Shown here in pieces: positions 35,302 through 49,100 of a stretch of 64,000 bases of DNA (its first letter is position 1; every line of letters begins with the position of its first letter). A program made the translations under genes and the position numbers. Below the pieces are notes generated by a model. It saw only the letters and a list, made by a program, of their open reading frames with translations, had not been told where the DNA came from and searched no databases. Where the stretch lies: the NCBI RefSeq assembly GCF_018977255.1, contig NW_024704812.1:62001-126000 (forward strand), written 5' to 3'. This DNA is from Callorhinchus milii. Taxonomy: Eukaryota.

Positions 35302-38300
35302 AAGACACATTTTACGCCCTCACTATTTTTAATATTATTATAATAATAGTCCTTGCGTTTGACACAGCGCCTTATCACGTTTTTGAGACTTCTCAAAGTG
35401 CTTCACAGGATACACTGAGAAATGTAGTGACTGTGTTTTGTGGGAGAAACGCAGCAGCCAATTCCATACAGCAATGTTCCACAAACAGTAGAGGATTGAG
35501 TGCCGTATTAGTTACAAAAAATTTTGAATAATCCTTCCATCTGATACAGCACCTTATCACATCTTCGAAACGTCTCAAAGCGCTTCACAGGATACGCTGT
35601 AAAGTGGAGTGACTGTGTGTTTTGGGGGCTGAAACATGGCAGCCAATTGCACACAGCGACGTCCCCACAAACAGTTGTGGATTGAGTGACCACATTATTA
35701 TTATTTTTTAAAAGATATTATTGCCCCCAGGAAATCGATCCCCCAATCAACTAACCCCCGGGTTCCTACTGACTGCTGGTAAACAGAGGTGTGAGTAAAA
35801 AGTGTGTGTGTGGAGTAAGGAAACTTGCTTAAGCTTTTGCCCTGACACACCTGGGAATCGAACCCAGATCCGTTCGCTTGCGAGGCGAGCGCTCTAACCC
35901 CTGAGCTACAGTGGAGACAAGATACTCACTGAGACACAGGTTTAGTGTGTGTTTTGTGATGTGTTCAGTGACTGTTTAGGGATGTGTTCAGGGTCATGTT
36001 TCGTTACCCCATCACCCCCATCTTCGTTCGGCTCCACTGACTCCCCATCACTGAGAGAGTACAGTTCAAGCTCCTGGTCCTCACCTTCGAAGCACTCCAT
36101 GGCCTCACTCCCCCCCACCTCTGTGAACTCCTAACTCACCCCCTACCAACCTGTCCATTCTCTCCACTCAGTAGGCTCCGGCCGGCTTCACATCCCCACC
36201 CGCCTCCCCCACCATTGGCTGTCGGGCCTTCAGCCTCTCCGCCCCCTCCCTCGCCTCCTTCAAGGCCAGTTTCAAGACCTTCCTCGTCGACCATCACATC
36301 TTTGGTCACTGTCCTACCCTCACTCTCCCCGTCCTCTACCCTTCCTGATCCCAACCCCCAACCTGGGTATAAACCTCTGACTGTCCAGCACTTTGGGATG
36401 TCCTCCTGACATGAACATAATAATCATTGCATTTGATATCGCGCCTTATCACGTCGTCGAGACATCTCATTCATAGAACACATTGTAGAGTGGAGTGACT
36501 GTATTTTGTAGCCGAAATACAGCAGCCAATTATCATTTAATTGAAGCGGCTCAAAGAGCTCAGCAGGATATGCTACTGTAAAGTGTAGTGACTGTGTGTT
36601 CAGAGACTGTGTAGTGACTGTCAGGGTTAGTGTGCACCCCACCACACTCCTTACCTCTGACACAAGATGGAATTATTGCGGTCAAACCAAAGGAATTTTA
36701 TTACCAGAAGAAGATAACAAGAGAGAAATGTGGAGAGACGAGAGAAGCTGAGATTGTTCTCCTTAGAGCAAGAGGAGGTTAGGGGAGATCTAATATAGGT
36801 GTTCAAAATGATGAGGGGTTTTGATAGAGTAAATAGGGAGAAACTGTTTCCACTGGTGTGTGGGTCAGTAACGGGAGAACATAGATTTAATATAATTGGG
36901 AAAAGAACCAGAGGGGAGACGAGGGGACATTTACGCAGCGATTTATTACGATCTGAAACGTACTGTCGGAAAGGCTCATGAAATCAGATTCCATAGTAGC
37001 TTTCAAAAGGGAATTGGACAGGACTTGAAAAGGAAAACTATGCAGAGATACGGGGTAGGAGCGGGGGAGTGGGACTGATTGGGCAGCTCTTTCAAAGAAC
37101 CGGCACAGACACGATGGGCCGAATGGCCTCCGCCTGTGTTGTAAGATTCTGTGATTCCATAATTCCATTTACACTGTAAAGTGAATTGACTGTATATTTG
37201 TGGGCGAAACGCGGCAGACAATTGTGCACAGCAGTGTCCCACAAACAGTCGTGGATCGAAGCAGCCAATATATTATTTTTTTGTAAGGATTATTACCCGC
37301 AGAAAAGTAATCCACCAGTCGACTAATAATCGTATTGTTACTTACTGCAGTGTAAACAGAGGCGTGTGCGTGTGAAATAAGGACATTATGCCCCGACCCG
37401 CCCAGGAATCGAACAAAGGTCCTCTCACTTGTGAGACGAGTGCTGTAACCACTGAGCTGCAGGACTCCAACGATAAAACCCCTGACAGGTAAACCACCCG
37501 GAGCTCAGTGACCTGTGAGTTAGGAATGTCTGGAGTTAATTGCTGTACAGCTCAAAGGTTTCAGTTGGTTTGAAGCAGTGATTTCATGTGGAAGTGAAAG
37601 CCATTGTAAGATTAGCTCACTCATAAAGCTGGCTCGTGGCCTCAGATTCCTGTACCTTGCCTGCAGCTGGCTGGGATAGCAATGGTAATAATAATAATAA
37701 CAATAATAATAATCCTTACATCTTCTGGACGTCTCAAAGCGCTTCACAGAATTGTGAGTTGATTGCATAAATTTGTGTGCGAAATGCGGAGGCCAATTAC
37801 GCACAGCAGTGTCCCACAAACAGTCGTGGATTGGAATGACCAATTTATTATTGTTTTTTTTGAGGGATTATTATCAGGGTGTGGAGTAAGGAAACTTACC
37901 CAAGGCCTCGCCCGGCCAGGAATCGAACTCAGGTCTCTCACTAATAATAATAGTAATAGTAATAATAGTGATTCTTGCAAAAAAGATAAATTGGTCACTT
38001 CAATCCACAACTGTTTGTGGGACACCTCTGTGCAATTAATTGGCTGTTGACTAACAAGCGAGATTACTTTCTGCTTCATAAACAATGGCACGCGCGCGTG
38101 TGTGTGTGTGTGTATGTCTGTGTGTGCGTTTCTGTGAGTATGTGTGTGTGTGTGAGTCTGTGTCTGCGTATGTGTCTGTGTGTGTGGAGTAAGGAAACTT
38201 GCCCTACGTTTCACCCTGAATACTGAACTCCTGGTAAATAACATTAACTTCTCAGTGAGCTGATAAGTCACAACAACAACAACTTGTATTTACACAGCGC

Positions 38301-38685
38301 CCTTTACGAGGGTAGCGTCTCGGAGTGGTGGAGCCTGACGCAGAGCCAGTTGGAGGGGAGAGACTGGGAGTAGGTGACCGTGAGCATGGTCAAAGAGAAA
38401 GATTTTCAGTAGTGATCTAAAAGAGGGGGAAGGATAGGAGAGGGGAGGAAAGGGGGAAAGGCGGAGGATCGGTGGAGAGAGCTCCAAAGTCTGACAATAC
38501 GACCCCCCATGATGGATCAGAGGGCACGAGGGACACGCAGGAGGCCGGAGGCAGCCGAGAGGAGGCAGTGGGTAGTGGGTTGGGGGGTCAGCAGGTCGGA
38601 GAGAGAGGTAGGGAGGTGCCAGAGCCTGAAGAGATTTGTAGATGATTGAAAGGATCTTGAAATCGATCTACGTTGTCACAGCTAT

Positions 38686-39855
38686 CTACTTCCTGGTGCC
38701 ATTACGACGTAAATTGTGATAAATATCTTTTTGGTGCTTTCCAAGGTCCTGAAACACAATGCAGATCGGACAGACCATTACCAACAACAACATTTTACAC
38801 TGAACCTTTCACATCAGGAGGACGTCCCAAGGACCTGGAGAGTCAGGGATTTGGATCTGAGCTGTGGGTTGGGATCAGGAGAGGGTGGATAGTGGCGATG
38901 TAGGCGTTAGGAAGGTGACCAGGTTGAGGAGGAAAGTCTTGTGACAGGCCTTGAAGGAGGTGAGGGAGTGATGGGGTGGGATGGAGGGACTGTGGGATGG
39001 AGTTCCAGAGGGTGGTGCAGAGTAACTGAAGGCCCAACCGATGGTGGGGCAGGTGAGGCGGGGGATGTGAAGCAGGCCGGAGCCCGCTGAGCAGAGAGAG
39101 CGGACAGGTTGTTAGGGGGTATGGGGAGCTGCAGAGTTAGTTCTGGATGATCTGCAGTTTGTAGAGGGAGGCGTTGGGGAGGCCGACAAGCAGGGAGGGG
39201 GCAAAGTCAAGCCTGTTTGTGGTGAACACATGGATGAGGGTCTCGGTGGCCTGCGGTGAGAGACAGTGGCGGAGCCGGACAATATGGTGGAGGTGGGGAT
39301 GGCATAGCAGGTCATGGCATGGATGAGGGGATGAAGGACAGTTTAGGGTTGTAAAGGACAGAGGTGGGACAGCAAGAGACTGAGCCGGGCTGACACACTG
39401 TCCGTGTCAGCCATTTGTTTCCTCACCATGTAAGGGCCTGAATCCTTCTGGGAGACATTGGCAGAGGAAGCCTAAAATATAACCAAACACAGTTTAGCTA
39501 CTCATTAGCAATGTTGTTAGCAGTAAATAATAATAACCCTTGCACTTCATACAGTGCCTTATCACGTCTTCATAACATCTCAAAGCGCTTCACAGGATAC
39601 ACGGTAAAGAGTAGTGACTGTGTGGTTTCATAATAATAATAATCGTTGCATTTGATACAGTGCCTTATCACGTCTTTGAGTCGTATCAAAGGGGAGCCAA
39701 TTGCCTAAGGTTTTGCCCTGTCCGGGAAACAAAACCGGATCCTCTCGCTTGAGAGGCGAGGACTCTAACCACTGAGCTACAGGACTGCACAGGACTTACT
39801 CTGACATCAATGGTCTCGTAGTGTGGTTCACCCTCTGTCTCTTGCTGTGTTTTGG
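38686..39855 (-). CDS. g4 cytoplasmic exons Cyt1-3 (HYETI plus ITAM)
   Basis: Exons of 56, 45 and 63 nt; open and in phase. Confidence 0.85.
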
Positions 39856-40103
39856 CTGGAAAATAAACAACAACTTGTTTATTCAAAGGCACAGCCTCTG
39901 ATGGTGGGATGGAGGGAACGAGGGACAAATAGGAGGCCGGTGTGGGGCGGTGGGGGTGAGCAGGTCGGAGAGGTAGGGAGGTGCCAGGGCATGAAGGGGT
40001 TTGAAAACGAGTGAGAGGATCTTGAAATCGTAGAAAATGTTGAAAATCTACAAGAGTTTGGTGCTGAACCGGTGAACTTGGAGAGAAATGGAGAGGGAGG
40101 GAC

Positions 40104-40149
<46 letters not shown>

Positions 40150-43100
40150 GCAGTGAGAGATAGGGTTAAAGCCTGACAGAAAGACAAAGAGGGAGCGATT
40201 GAAAGAGAGAGGTGGAGATGGATGGATAGAGACTGATAGAGAGTGAGATGGAGGGTGATAGAGAGGGGGGGATAGAGGCTGATAGAAAGGAGATGGTGAA
40301 ATGGAGTGGGAGAGACTGATAGAGAGAGAGAGAGAGATAGAGGGGGAGAGACTGATGGAGGAAGAGTGAGACGGAGAGGGTAGAGACTGATTGAGCTTGT
40401 GACTGAGGTGGATAGAGACTAATGGAGGGAGTGTGAGACAGAAGGGAAGAGACTGATAGAGAGACATGAAGGGGGAGAGACTGATAGTGAGAGAGAGTGA
40501 GACGGAGGGGGAGAGACTGATAGAGAGAGACAAGGGGGAGAGACTGATAGTGAAAGAGAGCGAGACGGAGGGGATAGAGACAGATAGAGTGAGACGGAGG
40601 GGTAGAGACTGACAGAGAGAGAGGACAGTGAGAGGGTGAGTGGCTGAGGGGGTCTGGGCTGGTATATAAACAACAGAACATGAAGGTGAAAGGTTTTCCT
40701 GTGTATATACGGCCTCACCTTCCTTACGTTTCCTGTAAACGTACACCACAGCGAGTGTTGCAATGACCACCACAGCCACAGCCCCCACTATTGTCCCCAC
40801 TATCAGGGCCACATTCACTGCGGAGAGAAACACCTTCACTGTCTCTCTATTAGATTATACTCTCGTAACATAGAGACCACAGCACAGACCTCATGAACAT
40901 CATATCAATCCTCGCATTTGATACAGTGCCTTATCACGTCGTTGTAAAGTGTAGTAACTGTGTATTTTGTGGGCGGAACACGGCAGCCAATTGCACACAG
41001 CGGTGACCCACAAACAGTCGTGGATTGATTGACCAGATTTTTTGTTTTTTTGGAGGGATTATGACCCCCGGAAAGTGAACCGTCAATTGACTGACAAGTG
41101 GCTTCGTACCTTCTGCTGGTGAACAGAGGTGTGTGCATGTGTCTCTATGTGTGTCTGTGTGTGTCTGTGTGTGTGTGTCTGTCTGTGTGTGTACTGACAT
41201 ATCATAACTTACCTTCGCCTTTCAAAGTCACGTCAAATTGGAAGAAGTTCTCTCCCATTGCGTTAGTGACACGGCATTGATATGTGCCCTGATCGGTTGC
41301 CTGGAATTTACTGATGAGCAGTTTAGAGAAGGTTAGTCCTGAGGTGATGTTGAACTTGCCGTCAGAGCCAGTGATGGAGTTGTCTTCCTTCGACCATGTA
41401 AAGTGTGCGGGCAGCAGGCCAGGGTCTGACACCCGCACTGTGTCTGTCAGTGACACGTCTAAGGTCACATCTGCCTCCTTCCCCACTTCCACCTGAGGCT
41501 CAGACCCTGACGCTCTCTGGGGTTTATCTGTGTAACAGCACAGACGGCGTTCAGCAAAACAGTAACACAGTCACCCCAACAGTCAATAGGAATAATAATA
41601 ATCCTCCCGTTTGATACAGCGCCTTATCACGCCATCGAGACGTCTCAAATCCCATCTAAAGACCTTCCTCTTCGACCAACCGCACCTTCAGCCACCCTCC
41701 CACCCCAAAACCCACCCCCCTGCCCTCCACCCCTCCTGACCCCAACTCCCAGCTCAGGTCCAAAAACCCAGACTGTGCAGCGTCCCGGGACGTGTTTGCG
41801 ACGTGAAGAGTGCTATACAAGTGTAATTTGTTATTGTCGCTGCTGTTCAGCCCTCAAGTCCTCACCAATGACTATAGAGCATTGACTGTCAGAGACAACA
41901 TGGCGTCCAACACATGTGAAGATCTCTCGGGAGCTGAGCTGATCCTTTGTGATGGTGACATTCCCCTCGTTTGTCGCATTGACAATCGTCTGTCCGACCT
42001 TCAGCTGAAGGACAGAGTCTGGCACCCCACCAGCCCAGGAGCACATCAACCCCACTGCTGTTCCTTTATCCGCTGCTCCGCATGTGATCTGCTGTGTGGG
42101 AGTCCCTTGAACAAGGCAAAGACAAACAGTCCAGTTATTGGCTCCACCTTGAGTTGTCCCCACCCTCGCCCGGCTCCACTGGCTCCCCATCCCTCAGAGG
42201 ATACAGTTCAAGATCCTGGTGCTCAGCTTTAAAGCCCTCCATGGCCTCACTCCTCTGTCCCTACCTCTGTGACCTCCTAACCCCTGACCAAGCTGTCCAC
42301 TCCCTCCGCTCATTAGGCTCCAGCCTACTCCATGTCCCTTCCCGGCCCACTCCATCATCGGCGTTCTGCCCTAATTTGCCCCATCCTATGAAACTCCCAT
42401 AACCGCTCCGCCTCGCCCTCTCCCTCGCCTTCTTCAAACCTGTGCGATCTACTGTGCCTTCGTCACCCTCCTACACCCATCTCCCTGCCCTCCAACCCTC
42501 CTGATAGCAACCCCCAGCTCAGGTGTGGGTCCCTGACTGTCCAGCGCCTTGGGACATCCTCCTGACGTGAAAGCCACTGTGTAAATGCCATGTGTTGTTA
42601 TTTAGACAGTGCCAACTTTGACTGAGATCTAACTCACTGTACACGAGGATTGAAACCTTCTCTGTGCGGCTAATCGTGGTGTAATCATTCTTCACATTGC
42701 AAGTGTAATCCCCGCTGTTGTAGAACGTGAGGCTCTCTATAGGCAGCTGTGAGGTGTTGCCGGCAATGACCGCGGTGTTATGTGTCCACGTGTAGTTACA
42801 CTCTGGGAAACATTTCGTCTGACAGTTGAGGGTCATCAAATCTCCCTCCTTCCCACAGTACTGTCCTGGGAAGAAGCTGTCACATAGCTCCAGCCCGATC
42901 ACTTCAACTGTGGGTGGATCAGGGCCATCTGAAAGAAAAAGCATTAAACTATGACATAGATAGATAAATGGATGGCAGATGATAGTGTGAGAGAAACAGC
43001 CTTTTTACATGTATCACAGGAACCTGGGAATCTTGTTTGACCCTGAACTGTCCTTTCTCCCCCACATCCGCGCCATGACAGCACTGCCTACCGCCACCTC

Positions 43101-46100
43101 CGCAATATTGCCAGACTCCGCCACCTCCGCAATATTGCCAGACTCCGCCACTGTCTCAGCCATCAGGCTTCCGAAGCCTTCACCCACGCATTCATCACCT
43201 CAAGGTTTGATTACGTGAACTCCCTCCTCATCGGCCTTCCCAACTCTTCCCTTCAGAAACTGCAGATCATCCAAAACTCTGCAGCTCGTGTACTCTCGTG
43301 CACCCGGCTCCGTGACCCCATCACTCCCACCCTCGCCGACTCCACTGGCTCCCCATCCCTCAGAGGATGGAATACCAGATGCTTGTCCTCACCTTTAAGG
43401 CCATCCATGGCCTTGCCCCCTCCTATCTCTCTGACCTGCTGACTCCCTACCAACCTGCCCGCGTCCTCCGTTCAGTGTGCTCCGGCTGCTCCATGTCTCC
43501 TACCCGGCCCATCGCTGGCCGGGCTTTCAGCTTCTCTGCCCCCACACTCTGGAACTCCATCCCACGGTCCCTTGGCCTCGCTTCCTCCTTGGCCTCCTTC
43601 AAGTCCGGTCTCAAAACCCTTTTCTTTATCGAGCTTTTGGTCTCCCTCCCACCTCTCTGCCTTCCCTCACCCCTCCCCCACCCCTCCCACATGCTCGGGC
43701 CCCGACACCTGACTGTTCAGCACTTTGGAACGTTTTCCTGACGTGAAAGGCGCTCTATAAATGTAATTTTGTTGATGTTGTTGCTGTTGTTCTGGCCTTT
43801 TGTGGGTCCCTCCTGAGCGCAATTGGCTGCGCGTTTCACACATAAAATATACAGTGAATTCACTTTACAATATATTCTGTGAAGCGATTTGAGACGAGGT
43901 AAGGCACGTTTTTTGGATGTGTTAATACCTCTGGAAAAGTGATCCGGCAATCGACTAACAAGGGTTCCCGCTTACTGTTAGGCAAACAATAGTGTGTGTG
44001 GGGGTGAATGTGGGGTGTGTGGGTGGAGTAAGGAAAGTTGCGTTAGGTGTCGTCCTGACCCGCCCGGGAATCAAACCCAGGTCCTCTCGCTTGATAAGGC
44101 GATATATCAAGTGCTAGAATGATTATTATTCTGATGATCATGACTATGATCATTATTATTGTGATTATCATTACTATTATTGCAGCTCAGGTCACGTGAG
44201 GCTGACTTTGGGTCATGGAGTTTAAAGCGAGTCAGGGTTCCTGCTCCTGGTCCCTAACCTCCCTCTCGGGCTCAGGTGTGTGTGTTGCAGTCTAGTGAGG
44301 AGATTAGGTTTGTCTGTGGGGCCCTCTACAGTCAAGTGGCCGATTGATACTCAAATGGTGATGAGATCTTTAACCTGAACAGACAGATAGTTTAACGTCT
44401 CATCCAAACAACGGCTCTTCCAATGATAATAACAATAGTGGAGTCCTGTAGCTCAGTGTTTCGAGCAAGTGAGAGTCTTGGGTTCGATTCCCAGCAGGTG
44501 GGGGAATGCTTGGGCAACTTTCCTTACTCCACACGCCTGATAATAATCCCTCAAGAAAAAAAAAACAATAATAAATTGGTTACTTCAATCTATGGCTGTT
44601 TGTGGGGATGTCGCTGTGCGCAACTGTCTGCCACGTTTCACCCACAAATATACAGTCAATTCACTTTACAGTATATTCTGTGAAGCGTTTCAGTCGTCCA
44701 GAAGACGTGAAAAGCGCTGTATCAAATGCAAGGATTATTATATTATTGATAGAGCAAAATGTCGGCCAAGTTTCCCTACTCCCAAACACACCCTCTGTTT
44801 ACTGAGCAGTAATTAGGAACCCGGTTATTAGTCAATTGGTGGGAATCAAACCAAAGTCCTCTCACTTGCGAGGTGAGGGCTCCAACCACTACAGGACCCC
44901 ACTGTTTGTTCCTCTATTCACAGCATCAAACCCCAATGTAGAATATTCCAGCATTGCATTGGAGCTTCAGTCTGGACTACATGAGTTCCAAGTACTGAGG
45001 TGAGGCCACAACCTTCTGATTTATAGAGAGCTGAGCCAGGCTGGAACAAGTAGGGATATACGTGGGCCAACTGCACTGTCCTGTTCAGCTCACGTTGATC
45101 TGGTTTTAACACCACAGCAAATATACTCACAAGTTATCACCAGCTTCACTGGTTTGCTGCTGTCACTGCTCACCAGGTTACTGGCCGTGCAGATAAACCC
45201 TCCACTGTCGCTCCTGTGTACGGGGCTGATTGTCAGAGTGCTATTATCTGCAGACAGTGTGTAACGTGGGGTTACAGGTAACGGGTGTCCACCCAGTGCC
45301 CAGGAATAGGTGGGGAACGATCCCATCGATGTACATCTCAGTGTCACTGTGTCCTTATTCTCTATCATCATCTCCCCGTCTGGACTCAGGCTGATGCTCA
45401 CATTGGACACCAGGCTGTAAGATAAAGCGTTTCATTTCATTCAGACACAAAGCTTAACACAAAGCTGTTCTGATTCACTTTACTAACACTGCACTGCATT
45501 TCCGACACTATTAGTGTTATTATTATTCACCCTTAATTCAGACATCAAGTGCTCTGGGACGCTATCCTGCGTGAGGGGGGCTATATCAATGTAAGCTGTT
45601 GTTGTTATAATAATAATCTTTGCATTTGATACAGCGACTTATCACATCTTCGAGACATCTGAAAGCACTTCACAGAATATACTGTGTAACTTGTGGGTGA
45701 AACGCGGCTTTCAATTGAGCCCAGCGACATCCCCAGAAACAGTTGTGGATTGAGTGACCAAATTATTATTATTATTTTATTTTTTTGAAGTAATTATTGC
45801 CCCCAGAAAACTGATCCGCCAATCAACTAACAACTGGGTTCCTACTGACTGCTGTTAAACAGAGACGTGTGCAGTAGGAAACCTGCCCATCGTTTCGCCA
45901 GGAATCAAACCCTCTCACTTTCGAGGCCAGTGCTCTAACCCCTGAGCTACAGGTCTCCGTACATAGTATGCAGTTCTGTAGTTAGTAGTATTGTTACACC
46001 AGTAGTTATACGAACAACAATCTGGGCCAAGAAAAGTAAAAGTTGTGGGGCGATTTGGGCATTTTTGGCACATTTTGCAGAAAATGGCGGGGAGTTGATC

Positions 46101-49100
46101 GGGGATTTTGATGAACATGTTTTCACTTTATTGATAAAAAGTGAACATGTTACATTGTTGGGGAAAAATATAATTGCTTCTTTACCAGGGACTGGGTGGG
46201 TTTTTTTGGGGGGCGGTGTGGGAGTAGAGAGATACACACTCACACACACACAGGGAGAGTCACACACTCACAGAGAGAGGCACACACTCAGAAACACAGA
46301 GACAGTCACACACACACACACACACAGGGAGAGTCACACACTCACAGAGAGAGACACACACTCAGAAACACAGAGACAGACACACACACACACAAACACA
46401 CACAGGGAGAGTCATACACTCACAGAGACGCACATACAGAAACACAGAGAGACACACACTCTCACAGAGAGACACACACACTCAGAGACTCAGAGTGAGA
46501 CACACACACACAGACACGGAGAGCAACACACACATTTGTATAGCGCCTTTCACGTTGGGAGCATATCCCATAGATTGAGACACACTCACAGACACAGAGA
46601 GACACTCACAAACACATAGAGTGACACACAAAAGGACATCCACAAACACACAGACGGAGACGCAGACACACAACGACACACAGACACTCACAAACAGAGA
46701 TACACAGTCACACAGAGACACACAAAGCTCACAAATGCATATAGGGAGACACACAAACACACTCATACACACACGGACACAGAGACACACTCACGAAGAG
46801 ACAGACACACACACTCACACACAGACAAACAATCACAACAGCGGTAATCCAAGTGAAGCCCATTTGCGTGTCCTGAGCCGAGCGCCCCACAGTGACGTCA
46901 GCGAGGCCCGTGGGCCGGAAAGTATATTATTGTTTGTACCGGGTTTCTAATAATAATAATGACAATACTCGTATTTGATATAGCGCCTTATCACGTCGTT
47001 GAGACTCTGTATTATTTATTATAATATAATATTGTAGATTGTATTAATAATATAATATGTAGATTGTACTAATAATATAATATTTGGAGTGGGCTCCGCA
47101 TGACAAGGCGCACTTTCATTGGTCCAAAAGCAGATGTCGCTGGAACACTCAGCCGGTCAGGCAGCATCTATGGAGAGAGGAAAGTGAGTCAAGCATTTGG
47201 GTCCACGACCCTTCATCAGAAGTCAGAACGAAGAGTCGTGGACCTGAACGTTGACCCGTTTCCTCTCTCCATAGATGCGCCTGACCTGCTGAGTGTTCCC
47301 AGCGACGTCTTTTTTTTTCAGATTTCCAGCATCTGCAGTATTGCCTTTTGTTTGTATTGGTCCAACTCACCTTGTATGGTTAGGGCCACCGGTTTGCTGC
47401 TGTCACTGCCCACCAGGTTGACTGGCCGTGCAGATAAACCCTCCACTGTCGTTCCTGTGTACGGGGCTGATTGTCAGAGTGCTATTATCTGCAGACAGTG
47501 TGTAACGTGGGGTTACAGGTAACGGGTGTCCATCCAGTGCCCAGGAATAGGTGGGGAACGATCCCATCGCTGTACATCTTAGTGCCACTGTGTCTTGTTC
47601 TCGATAAATATCTCCTTGTCTGGACTCAGGCTGATGCTCACATTGGACACCGGAGCTGTAAGATAACGCATTTCATTTCATTCAGAAACTTGTTCAGATT
47701 CACTTCACTGACACAGACCTGTTCAGAGTCACTTTGCTGAACCCTACACTTTATTTCTGACGCTGTTTGTTATGATTCACTGTTTATTCAGGTCTCAGTC
47801 TGGCTCATTTGGTAGCACAATGTTATGGTTTAAAGCCCCACTTTGGGAGCTCACAGTCCAGGTTTATTGGCTTAATGAATGAAATGAAATGGGCCCGGGG
47901 GCCGGATGCGGCCCGTGGGCCACCAGTTGGCCCACCCTGCTCTCACCGATGCTCTGAAGCAGGGTGGCTGCCGTGGGCCGGATTCCCCTATTTGACAAAG
48001 GTCCACAGACCACATCCAACCTGAGGCCATTTCCACTTCGCTTCCTCTCCTCCCTCCCTCCCCCCCTCCCTGGGCTGCGGCAGGAGCTGATGGTTGGGAA
48101 GACCCAGTGAGCAGAGCCTTTACTGCAGTCTATCAGGAAGGCAGAGCAAGTGTGTCTCTACTCCTCTCTCTCCTCCTCTCTCCCCCCCCACTCACTCCCC
48201 AACCCCACTCTCTCATCCCTCTCCCCCTCCCACTTCCCCCGTCTCTTGCCCTCTCTTTCCCACTCTCTCCCCTTCTATTTCTCCCCTCTCTCTCCCCTCC
48301 TCTCCCTTTCCCTCTCTTTCCCCTCTCTCTCTCCCCTCTCTCTCTCGCAATCTGTCTCTCCCAATCTGCAGTGGCAGGAGCCCAAGGGCGCAGTTGGTAA
48401 GAGACTCGTTTGCCTTCCTGCAGTAAAGGCTCTGCTCGCTGCATTCTCCCAAACGCCGGCTCCTGCCGCTGCCCTGTGAGGACATTTACCAGGGAGGGAG
48501 GGAGGGAGGGGGTTTGGGGAAGTTGGAACATTGCAAATGGTCGCCGGCCGCACAAAATCACCTCCGGGCAGCTGACAGCCCACGTACCGCCTGTTGGACC
48601 ACACTGAACTGAATGAATGAAATGAAATCGGTCCGGGGGCCATCACACCCTCCTGTTTGCCCCTCGGCCCCTTCCGCTCCATCATCGGTGGCTGTATTTT
48701 CAGCTGTTACGCCCTGAAACTCTATCACTCTCTCCCTGTCAATCCCTCCGTCTCCCCCTCTCGTTCCCCACCTTCAAATCCCGCCTAATATCCTTCCTTT
48801 TTGATTGGGTTTACCATCACCTCCCCTCTCCCTGTCCAGCCTTCCCGGACGCTACACCACATGAGGGGCGCAGTGTAAATGCAAGTTGTTGTTGTTGTTT
48901 ACTCACTGTGAACACGCAGTTGTAAATCTGCTGTGGCTCCTCCGTGGTTTATATCAAACACAGTCACTGAGTACGAACCGGAATCAGCCGGAGTCACTGT
49001 GTCCAGACGTAGAGTGGCATTGTTGGGGTAAAGCTCAGCCCGACCCTGGTAGTCTGGAGAGTAATTCACTGTTGTTCCCTGTGCTGATACGATTAAGATG

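Noticed and set aside
44447-44500. tRNA gene-like sequences (TGTAGCTCAGTG...GGTTCGATTCCC)
   Set aside because: Heads of a high-copy SINE; no complete cloverleaf, and they run into the SINE body.
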